From an uncultured Planctomycetaceae bacterium (GTDB lineage: Bacteria; Planctomycetota; Planctomycetia; Isosphaerales; Isosphaeraceae): DNA of 64,000 bases. The stretch covers positions 3,296,001 through 3,360,000 of the forward strand of contig CAWIAD010000001.1 of assembly GCA_963833985.1 (NCBI GenBank), in the 5' to 3' direction. Position 1 is the first letter of the stretch. Each line of letters starts with the position of its first letter. Of this stretch, positions 1 through 10,900 are shown piece by piece. The notes beneath the pieces were generated by a model that was given only the letters and a program-made list of their open reading frames with translations, searched no databases and had not been told where the DNA came from. The translations under genes and the position numbers were made by a program.

Positions 1-677
1 AGCGTACCCCGGCACCCGATCCCGGAGATCGTGGGCGACGTCCGGCGCGCCGTCAGGTATGTTCGGTACCACGCGTCTCGGCTCGATCTCGACCCGGATC
101 GGATCGCCGTCATGGGGGGAGCTCCGGAGGTTACCTGGCGCTCACGACCGGCGCGAGCGAAGACGAGGCACCGCCGTTCCCGCCGTCGTACGATCCGCAA
201 CGCATGTTCGACCTCTCAAGCGATCCGTTGAACTCCGTCTCAGGAAAGGCGACGGCCATCGTGGCATACTTCCCGATCACGGACTGGCTGAACTACGGCG
301 CGTCGGGCAAGACGGTCTTCGATTACCCGGGCTGGCGCCCCTACCTTGGAATCCTCAACCTCGACGACTTCGACGACAAGACTCACGGTCTGACCCGCGT
401 CTCCGAACGCGCCGAGCAACTGCGGAGGCTAAAGGACCTCTCGCCAATAAATCGAGCCGGACGCGGGTTCTCGCCGACCCTCTTACTTCATGGCGAGAAG
501 GACCCAAACGTGCCTGTGCAACAGTCCGAGAGCCTGGCCCGGACGCTCAAGGCTGCGGGCGTGGATGTCGAACTGGTCGTCAAACCGAACGAAGGTCACG
601 GGTGGCCGGACGGCCCTGAAGATCAGAAGAGGATCGTCGCATGGTTGAATCAGCGATTGCTCGGAAAAGGTCGATGA
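1..677 (+). CDS. Alpha/beta hydrolase (esterase/lipase, BD-FAE/S9-like), 5' partial, with an apparent 1-nt frameshift in a G run at about 114-119
   Basis: Frame 1 reads DVRRAVRYVRYHASRLDLDPDRIAVMGG. One extra G gives the GxSxG nucleophile (G-G-S-S-G-G-Y-L) and joins ORF 204..677, which carries LLHGEKDPNVP (Asp) and EGHGW (His). Confidence 0.85.
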   Translation, partial: RTPAPDPGDRGRRPARRQVCSVPRVSARSRPGSDRRHGGSSGGYLALTTGASEDEAPPFPPSYDPQRMFDLSSDPLNSVSGKATAIVAYFPITDWLNYGASGKTVFDYPGWRPYLGILNLDDFDDKTHGLTRVSERAEQLRRLKDLSPINRAGRGFSPTLLLHGEKDPNVPVQQSESLARTLKAAGVDVELVVKPNEGHGWPDGPEDQKRIVAWLNQRLLGKGR

Positions 678-729
678 CCGAATTCGACTCCCTGTGAGGG
701 AGCGGACGCTTCGTGCTCCTACGGGTCGC

Positions 730-2058
730 TCAACAAAACGACTTGAGCGCACGCCGCATGGACGCGGCGTCGGTGAGCCGCTCCTTGGGGTCGCGCGCGA
801 GGCAGCGCTCGATGACGGCGGCGAGCGGCAGCGGGATGTCGGACCTGCGCGAGCGGATGGGCACCGGCTGCTCTTCCAGCAGCATGCGGATCAGGTCTCC
901 TCCGCCCGCCGGCTCGTCATATATATATTTGCATGTCAACAGGTAATAGAGAGTAGCGGCCGTGGCGTAGAGGTCGGCCAGCGGCGTGACCGTCTTGAAG
1001 TCGAGCATCTGCTCAGGGGGCATGAACGGCACGGTGCCGCGCATCTCGCCAGAGAAGGTAAGCCCGGAGAGGCCGACGCCGCGAAAGCTCTTGGCCAGGC
1101 CGAAATCGGAGAGCTTGGCAGTCAGGCCCTCCGCGGTATGGGCGATGAGCACGTTCTCGGGCTTGACGTCACGGTGCACGAAGCCCATGTGGTGCGCCTG
1201 CTCCAGCCCTTTGAGAATCTGGCAGGCAAGGCGGCAGGCCTGGTTCGTCGGGTACGCGCCGGGCTGCTCCTTGGCCAGTGCCTCGAGGTTCGAGCCCGCC
1301 ACGTACTCCATGGCGAACCAGAACTGGCCCCGGGTCATTCCCTGCTCGTACCACTCCACGACATTGGGATGCCGCAACTGGCTGATCACCGACATCTCGC
1401 GGTAGAAGCGGTCGATGGCCGTGCGGGTGGTCGCCGTCTCGGGCATGATCAGCTTCAGCGCGACAAGTTGTCCAGTCTGGTTGTGGCGGGCCTGATAGAC
1501 GACTCCCATCGCGCCACGGCCGATCTCGCGCAGTGTGGTGTAATGCGGTACCGGCTGAGGGAGGGACGCGGCCTCCGAACGGCACAGCGGGCACCACCAT
1601 TCCACCACTTCCGTGGCGTCGTCCCTCATCGGGCCGGCAATCGTGATGTTCTGAGGCGCGGGAGTGCCGCAGCCGGCGCAGCGGATGGCCGCCATCCCCG
1701 TCGCCTCGGAACGCGAGGACGGGGCCCCTCCGGAACCCCCTTCACTGCTCGACAGCGGGGCCTGGTCCACTTTCACGCGGAAGACGCTCTGGCCCGCGGC
1801 GATCACATCGCCGGACGCGAGCCGGATGCGATCCACCTTCTGGTTGTTCACGAATGTCCCATTCGTGCTCCCCAGGTCGCGCAGCTCGCACAGCGGAGGA
1901 TTGATCTCCACCATGAAATGATCACGCGAAAGAGCCATGTCCTCCGGCATCGAGCAGTGAACGAACCGCGACCGCCCCACGATGAACGTATCATGGCGGT
2001 CAAATATAAATGAACGACCTTTTCGTGAACCTTGCAGGATTTCCAGTATCACTCGCAT
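730..2058 (-). CDS. FHA domain + CxxC..CxxC linker + Ser/Thr protein kinase
   Basis: FHA motifs GRS..SRDH..DLGSTNGTFVN; CAGC...CPLC; kinase motifs GRGAMG, VALK, HRDVKPEN, DFG. Start chosen at MRVILEIL (2058) inside ORF 730..2190. Confidence 0.92.
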   Translation of the reverse strand: MRVILEILQGSRKGRSFIFDRHDTFIVGRSRFVHCSMPEDMALSRDHFMVEINPPLCELRDLGSTNGTFVNNQKVDRIRLASGDVIAAGQSVFRVKVDQAPLSSSEGGSGGAPSSRSEATGMAAIRCAGCGTPAPQNITIAGPMRDDATEVVEWWCPLCRSEAASLPQPVPHYTTLREIGRGAMGVVYQARHNQTGQLVALKLIMPETATTRTAIDRFYREMSVISQLRHPNVVEWYEQGMTRGQFWFAMEYVAGSNLEALAKEQPGAYPTNQACRLACQILKGLEQAHHMGFVHRDVKPENVLIAHTAEGLTAKLSDFGLAKSFRGVGLSGLTFSGEMRGTVPFMPPEQMLDFKTVTPLADLYATAATLYYLLTCKYIYDEPAGGGDLIRMLLEEQPVPIRSRRSDIPLPLAAVIERCLARDPKERLTDAASMRRALKSFC

Positions 2059-2487
2059 CGCTTCGTTCCGGAATTCTTCATGGCTTTCTGGTTCCACTCG
2101 GCGAGGGCCGCCGCCGTAGCCTCGGTCCGGCGAATCCCCGCGTTCAAACCTATCGCTCCGCATCGGTTGCGATGTGACGGATACAAGCACCGGCGAAAAT
2201 CAGGATGCAGCAATCCAACGCTCATTCGTTCCAGACCAAAGCGGACCTGGCCGAACGCCGCACTCAATCCACACTATCATGGCAAATCACGGCGGCCTCG
2301 ATGTCCTGCGGCTTCTCCCTCGATATATTAACTGTTGAGGTCCGCGGGCCGGACATGAGGCTGGTGTGCGCCGACCATTTTTCCAGAGCAGTCACCCACA
2401 CATCACAGATCTCTGGCAAGCAAGAAGACCTGAGATTTCTCCTGGGATTTGCGCTCCACCAAGACAATACGATGATCGTTTCGTAAT

Positions 2488-3486
2488 TTGATCAGAGCTT
2501 GCGACTCGATGGATGCATCGTCTGAGCAGGATTCACCTGGCTCCCCGCACCATACGCCGGTTCGTCCCCCATCCGTCTATCTCGAATCGACCGTGATCGC
2601 GCAGGGGTTGCCGTGGCCCGAGAACCTGGAAACGGCGCGGGAGATGGACGCCGCAATCCGCCAGGCCGGGGCGTCACCGGCCATGATCGCCGTGATCGAC
2701 GGCTCGATCCGTGTCGGTCTGGATTCCGGCGAGATCCAGGTGCTGGCCCGCTCCGCCGCACCTCCTGCGCACCTCGTGCCCCGGGGGCTGGCAGCCGACG
2801 ACCCTTTGAACCGGCCTCATGGCAAGGCGAACCGGCGTGATATCTCTGTTGTTGTGGCCGCGCGCGGCTGCGCGGCGACCACTGTCTCGGCCACGCTCTG
2901 GCTGGCCAGGCGGCATGAGGGAGGGCCCTGCATCATGGCCACCGGTGGGCTGGGCGGCGTTCATCGTTTCGCCGCTCAGACCTTCGACGTGTCCACCGAC
3001 CTCGACGAGCTAGCGAGCGCCCACGGCTCGCTGGTGGTTTGCTCCGGCTGCAAGTCAATCCTTGATGTTCCCGCAACGCTGGAGGCCCTGGAAACCCGGG
3101 GCGTGGCGATCGTCGGCTACCGGACCTCGGAGCTGCCCGCATTTTTCACGGCAGCCAGCGGACTGGCGCTCGAGCATCGGGTGGAGACCCCACAGGCGGT
3201 GGCGGACCTGCTCCGCACCCATCGCGCGCTGGGCTTGCCCGGCGCGATCGTCCTGGCCAACCCGGTACCAGCCGCCGAGGCCGTCGATCCCTTGGTCGTG
3301 GAAGAAGCCCTCGTCCGGGCGCTGGACGAGGCCAGGCAGCGCGGGCTCTCGGGCAAGGAGGTCACGCCGTTTCTCCTGGATGCCGTCCGCCTGGCCACCG
3401 GGGGGCAAAGCCTGCGCGCTAACCGGGCGTTACTCGTCTCCAACGCCCGGCTGGCCGCCGAGGTCGCCGTGGCGCTGGCCGGTTGA
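2488..3486 (+). CDS. psuG: Pseudouridine-5'-phosphate glycosidase (PsuG/IndA family)
   Basis: LESTVIAQGLPWPEN, ATTVSAT, ATGGLGGVHR, DVSTDL, CSGCKSILD and GKEVTPFLL are characteristic. The start may be at 2509. Confidence 0.93.
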   Translation: MIRACDSMDASSEQDSPGSPHHTPVRPPSVYLESTVIAQGLPWPENLETAREMDAAIRQAGASPAMIAVIDGSIRVGLDSGEIQVLARSAAPPAHLVPRGLAADDPLNRPHGKANRRDISVVVAARGCAATTVSATLWLARRHEGGPCIMATGGLGGVHRFAAQTFDVSTDLDELASAHGSLVVCSGCKSILDVPATLEALETRGVAIVGYRTSELPAFFTAASGLALEHRVETPQAVADLLRTHRALGLPGAIVLANPVPAAEAVDPLVVEEALVRALDEARQRGLSGKEVTPFLLDAVRLATGGQSLRANRALLVSNARLAAEVAVALAG

Positions 3487-5001
3487 AATCGTGCGAGGCC
3501 AGACCGACCGTATCCACCCGGGGCCGCGGCTGTGGGCCCGTCGCGCGGCAAGGCCCCCCACAACCAAAACAAGCAAGTGGGTGAGGCAGGGCTCGGGGAC
3601 GTTCTGGGGCAAGATCCCCAGCGCGAGCCCGCTTGCGGCCGCGTCCGGCGGCGGGCTCACCAGCGACGGCGCCGCAACCACCGGCGGCAGTGGCAGGGCC
3701 AGGCTCGCCGTTGCCGTTGCCGTCGCTGGAGCTGTTGCATTGTCGCCAGAAGAGGAGGTGCTGGTCGGGCCGGGGTTCGTTCCCAGAGCACTCTGCACAC
3801 CGGTCGCCGTGACCGGATTGGAGGCTGCGGCCACCGGGCCGGCCTGCGGGTTGAGCGCCGCATTCACGCTGGGAGAGAGAGCGACCAGAAGCTGGGCGGC
3901 GAGACTCGTGGAAACACCATTAACGGCGGTGCCGCCGGGCGCGGAACTCGCGGCTCCAGAAACCGTGGACGCTACGTTGGGATCCTGGCCGCCCTGGGAC
4001 TGGGATTGGGGGAGAGATTGGGTGCCGCCGGAAGCAGCCGCGACGCCCGTAGGAACCGCTGCCTGGCTGACCGTCGCGGCCGCGACGGCTCCGGCCGGCT
4101 GGGTGGCTGCGGCCGGAACCGCCGGGGCGGCCGGGACTGCGGTGGTGATTGGAACTGGAGATGCGGCAACGACCTGTGTCCCGCTAGCCGGTGCGGGCTG
4201 GCCGCCGACCACGGTGCTTGATGTCGCGCCCGGGACTACCGCCGCCACGGTAGATGTTGCCTGGCCGGTCTGGCTTGCCTGGGCGGTCTGCCCGGTCGAG
4301 ACCGCGGCAAGCGCCGCGCTGGCCGAGGGAACAATCGAGGTCGGCGTTTGCGAGAGCACGCTGACTGAGGTGCCCGGGCTCAAGCTTGCTCCGGAGGTGG
4401 ATGGATCCGCCACGGTCTTCCCCTGGGCTGGAGCCTGGATATTCTGCACCTGGGGCTGGTTGGGTTGCGTCGCAGTTGTCATTCCGGGGTTCGCGATGGC
4501 GACCCGGCTGGAAGGCTGGCCGGCGTCGCCATGCGACGCGACGGTGCCCGGCAGCGCGGCTGTGGCAGCGACGGCATTCCCCACGCTCCCCACATGATTC
4601 GCGGTCGCTGTTGCGTGCGGCACGGCGGGTTCTGAGTCCGGCACGGTCACGCCAGCGGGCGCCGAGGACCCGGCTGTGGGCGCGGCGTCCGTCGCTCCGT
4701 TCGGTTCCTGGCTCGATCGGGAGTCGTCGACGCCGACTCCCGAAGCTCCGGAAGCCGCAGTGACCGGGGCGGTGATCGCACTTGCCGCGGCCGCGGCCGG
4801 CTCCTCCACGACCGTTCCCTGGCTCAATCGGAAAGGAACGAGGGGCGATGCTGCCGCAGGTGAGCCGCCTGGACCGGTTGTCGTCCCGAGTGAGTGTGTG
4901 ATCAAGGGCCCGGCAAACAAGCCATGCGGGCACGCAGCCAGGAGGGCAAGGAGCCAGAGCTCGGGGCGTGACGCAAGGACACGAAGCGTGGATGAGATCA
5001 C
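3430..5001 (-). CDS. Secreted low-complexity Ala/Ser/Thr/Pro-rich protein with a PEP-CTERM-like anchor
   Basis: AGGAGG RBS 5 nt before the GTG at 5001, hydrophobic N-terminus, long A/S/T/P/Q-rich body, then VPEP + hydrophobic helix + ARRAHSR near the C-terminus. Confidence 0.7.
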   Translation of the reverse strand: MISSTLRVLASRPELWLLALLAACPHGLFAGPLITHSLGTTTGPGGSPAAASPLVPFRLSQGTVVEEPAAAAASAITAPVTAASGASGVGVDDSRSSQEPNGATDAAPTAGSSAPAGVTVPDSEPAVPHATATANHVGSVGNAVAATAALPGTVASHGDAGQPSSRVAIANPGMTTATQPNQPQVQNIQAPAQGKTVADPSTSGASLSPGTSVSVLSQTPTSIVPSASAALAAVSTGQTAQASQTGQATSTVAAVVPGATSSTVVGGQPAPASGTQVVAASPVPITTAVPAAPAVPAAATQPAGAVAAATVSQAAVPTGVAAASGGTQSLPQSQSQGGQDPNVASTVSGAASSAPGGTAVNGVSTSLAAQLLVALSPSVNAALNPQAGPVAAASNPVTATGVQSALGTNPGPTSTSSSGDNATAPATATATASLALPLPPVVAAPSLVSPPPDAAASGLALGILPQNVPEPCLTHLLVLVVGGLAARRAHSRGPGWIRSVWPRTISTGQRHGDLGGQPGVGDE

Positions 5002-5232
5002 AGCAACCTCCTGGTGTGACGGCAAAGCAGTGCGCCGGCGAGAATTCAGCCGGGGACCCTCCGTGCGCTCGTCACTGCTGGATCTCTGAGGCGATGACGA
5101 GCTGTCGAGCTGTTTCAAGGGCTCGAAGGCTACTCGGATCCTCCGGGCGTGTCAATGAAGAAATACCACGATGCTGATTGGTGACACGTGCGCATGCCCG
5201 CGTGCCCGGCGCGGCGAGCCTTGATCCTTCCT

Positions 5233-5946
5233 TCACTTTCCATCCTCACTCAGGCTCACGGTGATCTCCTTGATTGGTTCGCCATTCCCGTCCAGGAAGC
5301 GGGCGCAGAAATCGGTTGCGCCGCCGCCGTTCACGATGGCGCAGCGGACGATGTTTGGACCTTTCTTGAGCGTCAGGCGCTTCGAGACGCCGTCATCGAT
5401 CACAGTCTGACGGTCGCCGTAAATGCCGATGACCTCCTTGCCGTTGACCCACCAGACAGAGGCTGCGTTGGAGCCAATGGCTAGCCGGACATCCTTCATC
5501 TCCGTGGGGCACATGACGACGGTGACGGCCCAGAACAGCACGTTGGAAGTCGGCCGTTTCAAGCCCTCGGCGAAGTGATAGAGGTTGACGTTGTAGCCGG
5601 TCGTGTCCTCGGCATGCCACGTGAGCTGCGAGCCGTTCACCTCCACCTTGTCGCCATCCTTCGGAATGACCGTGAACTGGTCTGGAAAGTACCTGGTCTT
5701 CACGGCCGCCTGGACGGCACTGTCTGTCAGTCCGTTGACCGGAATGGGCTCAAGAATAAGCCAGCGCTGGATGAACCCTTCGGCATCGGCTGCCAGGGTG
5801 GGCGCGGTGGGACGGTGCAATGTCGGCGTGTGGCCGCGAGCGTCGTCGCCGGCACGGGCGCTCTGTTCGACGGGCGCGAGGACGACCGCGATCGTGACGG
5901 GCAGCACGGCGAGGGCCATCCTCGAAGAAAAGCCGTACTCTTTCAT
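5233..5946 (-). CDS. Secreted hypothetical protein, possibly a carbohydrate-related beta-sandwich, co-oriented with the GH43 gene
   Basis: Signal peptide; globular sequence with FIQRWLILEP, GSNAASVWWVNG and LKKGPN; lies directly downstream of the GH43 gene. Confidence 0.65.
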   Translation of the reverse strand: MKEYGFSSRMALAVLPVTIAVVLAPVEQSARAGDDARGHTPTLHRPTAPTLAADAEGFIQRWLILEPIPVNGLTDSAVQAAVKTRYFPDQFTVIPKDGDKVEVNGSQLTWHAEDTTGYNVNLYHFAEGLKRPTSNVLFWAVTVVMCPTEMKDVRLAIGSNAASVWWVNGKEVIGIYGDRQTVIDDGVSKRLTLKKGPNIVRCAIVNGGGATDFCARFLDGNGEPIKEITVSLSEDGK

Positions 5947-6021
5947 GGAAGCTCCCTGAGTGAATGGTCTTGGATCCTCAATGTAGATGACTGGATATGA
6001 GATGATCGCGGATTCCGCCGT

Positions 6022-7581
6022 TCACGGGGCTTTCAGATTCCACCGCTGCTTGTCGTTCGTGGGGTCAAACCTGGTCAGGGTGGCAAAGCTGCTGCCGATT
6101 GCAGTGAGGGCCATTGGTTCCGTGGAACCGGGGACAGACCTGGGCATGATCCGGTACGAGCCGTCGCCGAGCTGGTCGATGCGCCACAGTTGTTCCGGCC
6201 CGCCCGTGAAGGCGGGCACGGCCACCAGCTCGGCGTCATCCGTCGCGGCAAGCGCTCGATCAGTTCCGTCGACAGTGATCTTGAAATAGGGCGCGCCGAG
6301 GTATCCACCGGCGTTCGCCACTGGCGTGATCTTCCACTTCTGCTGTGCCTGGAGCAAGTAGTTGGACATGCGAATGTCGATGTTGCCGTCCGGCCATTTC
6401 ATCGACACCTGCGACACATCCTGGTTGGGGATCACCCCGCCCACGCCGGCGAACATACCCCCGCCTCCGCGTAGACCGGGCGCTCCGCCTGGGCCGGTGC
6501 CGGCTCCTCTGCCGGCGGGCGCTGTGGCTGGCCCCGCGCCTCTTCCGAGTGCTGCCGCAGGGGGCGCGGCACCACGCATGCCTCGGACCCGCCTGCCGCC
6601 CGCCGGCACACCCTCAACGGCCAGCTCCAGCGCGGTGCCGGTGCGCGCGGACTCGATCTCGTACGTACCTGCCTTGAGGTGGTCGCCGGCCAAGGGCCAG
6701 CCGTCTTTCCAGAGTAGGGGGCGGATGTCCAGCACGCTGCCACCACCGCGGTCCAGGTCTGCCTCATAATGGCACGAGAACTTCTGGACACCATCGCCGA
6801 GATCGATCAGGCCGAAATGGCCGGGCCCGACCACGCGGCCGCTGGACCCGACGAAGAGTTTGCCGCCCCCCCTGATCATGTCGATGCCCATGTGGTCAAT
6901 GAACGGTCCGGTGACGCTCCGGGAACGGCCCACGCGGATGTTGTAGCCGGAATCAGCGCCGCGACAGCAACTGCCGTGGGTCGCCAGCAGGTAATACCAA
7001 CCATCGTGGTAGATCATCACGGAGGCTTCGCAGTTGATTGCAATGTTCACCGGCCGGGCATCGGGGTCGAGACGCTTGCCGGTGCTGGGGTTGAGCTCCA
7101 CCAGCCGGATGTAGCCGTAATACGAGCCGTAGGTCAGCCAGAGTCTCTTGCTGGTGGGATCGAGAAAGACTCCCGGATCGATGGCGTTGCAGTCCTCGAC
7201 GCCGTCAGAGGACGCGACGACCCCACCGTCTTCCCATTTGTAGTCGGGGGAATCCGGGTCGAGGGTCTTGTTCGATATCATGTTGATGGCCGCTCTCGGC
7301 TGCCGCCCGATATTCGCGGCGACATACAGGAAGTAACGGTCACCAAGGTGAATGAGGTCGGGGGCCAGGCCGCTACGGGAAGCCCTGACCCCGCGACGCC
7401 AGGTCCAGCCGTCGTCGGAAACCAGGCTTCCGCCCCCCGTACCCCAGAGGTAGTACCTGCCCTGGCACGAAACGATGGTGGAGGGGTCGTGGATGCCGAT
7501 CTGCCCGTCCAGGGCCATGGCCTGACAGGCCATCAAGAGCGAGAGCAACACGCCTGGTGCTGCGAAAAAGCCAGGTTTCAT
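6022..7581 (-). CDS. GH43 glycoside hydrolase (endo-arabinanase-like) with a C-terminal ricin-type domain
   Basis: IHDPS (catalytic base), APD, NAIDP, EAS (catalytic acid), GPGHFG. QKW, QLW and QRW ricin-like motifs at the C-terminus. Signal peptide from MKPGFF (7581). Confidence 0.9.
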   Translation of the reverse strand: MKPGFFAAPGVLLSLLMACQAMALDGQIGIHDPSTIVSCQGRYYLWGTGGGSLVSDDGWTWRRGVRASRSGLAPDLIHLGDRYFLYVAANIGRQPRAAINMISNKTLDPDSPDYKWEDGGVVASSDGVEDCNAIDPGVFLDPTSKRLWLTYGSYYGYIRLVELNPSTGKRLDPDARPVNIAINCEASVMIYHDGWYYLLATHGSCCRGADSGYNIRVGRSRSVTGPFIDHMGIDMIRGGGKLFVGSSGRVVGPGHFGLIDLGDGVQKFSCHYEADLDRGGGSVLDIRPLLWKDGWPLAGDHLKAGTYEIESARTGTALELAVEGVPAGGRRVRGMRGAAPPAAALGRGAGPATAPAGRGAGTGPGGAPGLRGGGGMFAGVGGVIPNQDVSQVSMKWPDGNIDIRMSNYLLQAQQKWKITPVANAGGYLGAPYFKITVDGTDRALAATDDAELVAVPAFTGGPEQLWRIDQLGDGSYRIMPRSVPGSTEPMALTAIGSSFATLTRFDPTNDKQRWNLKAP

Positions 7582-7954
7582 GAAGGCCTCCGAGACCGAA
7601 GTGCCGGTTGAGTCGTTTACGTCCTGGGAACGGCAGTGTACCCGCATCTCTTTTCTAGCGTCGATCGGGCCCCGGCGGGCATCTCCCGGGTTCGGAATCT
7701 GGATCATACACTGTCGGAATGGGAGCAGGATGGAACCAGGGAGCCGGAAAAAAGACACGCAGGAGGCGGATGCGGAATCGAGGGTCCGATGGGTGGTGGC
7801 CGGGTCGGTGACGTCCGGCTCGGCGTCGCCGCCGGGTGCTGGCCGATCGCCCGGTTCCGGACCGCTCGTCGATCTGATAAGATAGGAGTGACGCCGGTTC
7901 ATCGCGGTATGAGTGGATCGGAGAATCGCCTGCCCCGAGAAGATCGGTGGAATC

Positions 7955-10900
7955 ATGTCCTCGAGCAAGCCGTTTGTTCATCTGCACTGCCATAGCCATT
8001 ACAGCTTGCTCGACGGCCAGAGCAAGATCCCCGACCTGATCCACCGCGTCAAGTCACTGGAGATGCCGGCGGTGGCGCTCACCGACCATGGCAACCTGTT
8101 CGGCGCCGTCGAGCTCCTGCGCGAGGCGAAGAGCGCAGGAGTGCTGCCCATCGTGGGCATCGAGGCCTATGTCGCTCCCGGCAAGCGGACAGATCGCACG
8201 GTGAGCGCGAGCGGCTCGGGGGACGAAAGGTATGCGTACCATCTGACGTTGCTGGCCCGCAACGGCACGGGATTCCGCAACCTGCTGCGGCTCTCTTCAC
8301 GAGCCTACCTGGAGGGCTATTACTACAAGCCGCGGATCGACAAGGAGATCCTCGCCCAGCACAGCGAGGGGCTCATCTGCCTATCGGGATGCGTCGGCTC
8401 GGAGTTCTCGCAACTGCTCCTGCGCGACCGCGTGGCCGAGGCCGAGAAGCTGGCGATGTGGTACTACAAGACCTTCGGCGAGAACAACTTCTTCATCGAG
8501 GTGCAGAATAACGGCCTGCAAATTCAGCGCGATTGCATGGTCCGCGAGCTCGACGTGGCCAACCGGCTCGGCCTGCCGGTGGTAGCCACCAGCGACGCCC
8601 ACTACCTGACGCAGGACGACTACCTGGCACACGACGTCCTGCTGTGCATCAACACGGGCAAGACGATGGACCAGCCGCTGGACAAGCCGCGGTTCGTGGC
8701 CGACGACGGCAAGCTCTCCGACCAGTTCCACGTGCGCAGTCCCGACGAGATGTACGACTTCCTGCCGGGCATGGACGAGGCCCTGGCGATGTCCCAGCGC
8801 ATCGCGCTGGACGTCGAGGAGAACTATGGCAGCCTGGGCCTGGGGAAGAGGCAGTTCCCCTCATTTCAGGCACCCGACCAGAAGACCGCGGAAGAGTACC
8901 TGCAAGAGCTCTGCGAGCAGGGCCTCAAGGAGCGCTACGGCGACCCACCGCCGCCGGCGGCCCGGGAGCGGCTGGAGCACGAGCTGGGCATCATCACCCG
9001 CATGGGCTTCGCCTCGTACTTCCTGATCGTCTGGGACTTCGTGCGGTACGCGCGGGAGCGGGGCATACCCGCCTCGGTGCGCGGCTCGGCCTGCGGCTCC
9101 ATCGTGAGTTACGTGCTGCGGCTCTCGAATGTCTGCCCGATGCAGTATGACCTGCTCTTCGAGCGGTTCCTCGACCCCAACCGTTCCGAGGCGCCCGATA
9201 TCGACATCGACCTCTGCCAGGAGCGGCGCTACGAGGTCATCGAGTACGTGCGCAAGAAATATGGCGACGCCAACGTGGCCCAGATCGGCACGTTCGGCAC
9301 CATGAAGGCCAAGGCAGCCATCAAGGACGTGGGGCGGGTCCTGAGCATCCCTTTGCCGCGCGTCGAGCAGATCAACCGGCTGATTCCCACCCGGCTGAAC
9401 ATCACTCTCGACGAGGCACTCAAGGAAGAGCCCGCGCTGCGGGCCATGGTGGACCAGGATCCGGAGATCGAGAAGCTCATCCGGTTCGCCCGGCGGCTGG
9501 AAGGTTCGGCACGGAACGCCAGCACGCACGCCGCGGGCGTGGTCATCGCCGATCAGCCCCTGGAATCGCTGGTCCCGCTCCAGGTCATCCGCCGTGGCGA
9601 CAAGGACGAGATCGTTTGCACCCAGTGGGACATGGGCGATGTTGAGAAGGCCGGCCTGCTGAAGATGGACTTCCTGGGCCTGCGCAACCTGACCACCCTG
9701 GAAGCGGCCGTGCGGCTGATCAACGAGCGCCATCCCGACGCTCCGGTGGATATCGAGAAGTTGCCGCTGGACGACACGCTCGCTTTCGAGCTGCTCCAGC
9801 GCGGTGAGACCAGGGGCGTCTTCCAGCTCGAGAGCTCGGGCATCCGCGACCTCTTGATCCGCATGAAGCCCGACCGTTTCGCCGACATCATCGCCACCAA
9901 TGCGCTGTATCGCCCCGGGCCGCTCAACGGCGGGATGGTCGACGAGTACGTCGACGTGAAGAACGGACGCAAGCAGGCGACCTACCTGCACCCCGTGCTC
10001 CGCGAGGTGCTCGAGGAAACCTATGGCGTGATGGTCTACCAGGAACAGGTGATGCGGATCCTCAACCGCCTGGGCGGCATCGAGCTCTCCAAGGCGTACG
10101 CCACCATCAAGGCCATCTCCAAGAAGAAGACCGAGCTCATCGCCGAGAGCCGCGGGCAGTTCGTTGCCGGGGCCGTCGAGCGCGGGCTCGACCGCGAGAA
10201 GGCTGTGAAGATCTTCGACCTGATCGAGTTCTTCGGCGGCTACGGGTTCAACAAGTCGCACAGCACCGCCTACGCGCTGGTGGCGTACCAGACGGCCTAT
10301 TTGAAGAGCCATTACCCGACCGAATACATGGCCGCCGTACTCACCTCCGAGATGGACGGCGCCGAGCGCGACAAGTTCCTGGTGGAGCATATCGAGGATT
10401 GCCGCCGGATGGGCATCGAGGTGCTGCCCCCGAACATCAACGAGGGAGTGCTGGCCTTCCGGGTGGGCAAGGAGGGTCAGGTGCACTTCGGCCTGGGTGC
10501 CATCAAGGGAGTGGGTGGCAAGGCCGTCGAGGCGATCATCAAGGCGCGGCAGGAATCCGGCCCGTTCCACAGCCTTGATGATTTCTTCGAGCGCGTCTCC
10601 ACGCGCGAGGTCTCCAGCGCCTGTGCCGAGACGCTCATCAGGGCCGGTGCCTTCGACTCCCTGGGCGCCCGCCGTTCGCAGTTGCTGGCGATCTTGCCGC
10701 GCGCCATCCAGGGAGGCCAGGCCAAGCAGGACGACCGCCGGCGCGGCCAGCGCGGGCTCTTCGACCATCTCGAAGCAGGCCCTACCAATGGCGCCGGCAC
10801 CGACGGGAACGGCAACGGCAAGAGCAACGGTCGAGAACTGGCTGCCGCCAACCTGCCGGACGTTCCGGAGCTGAACGACGCCGAGCTGCTGGGCGGTGAG

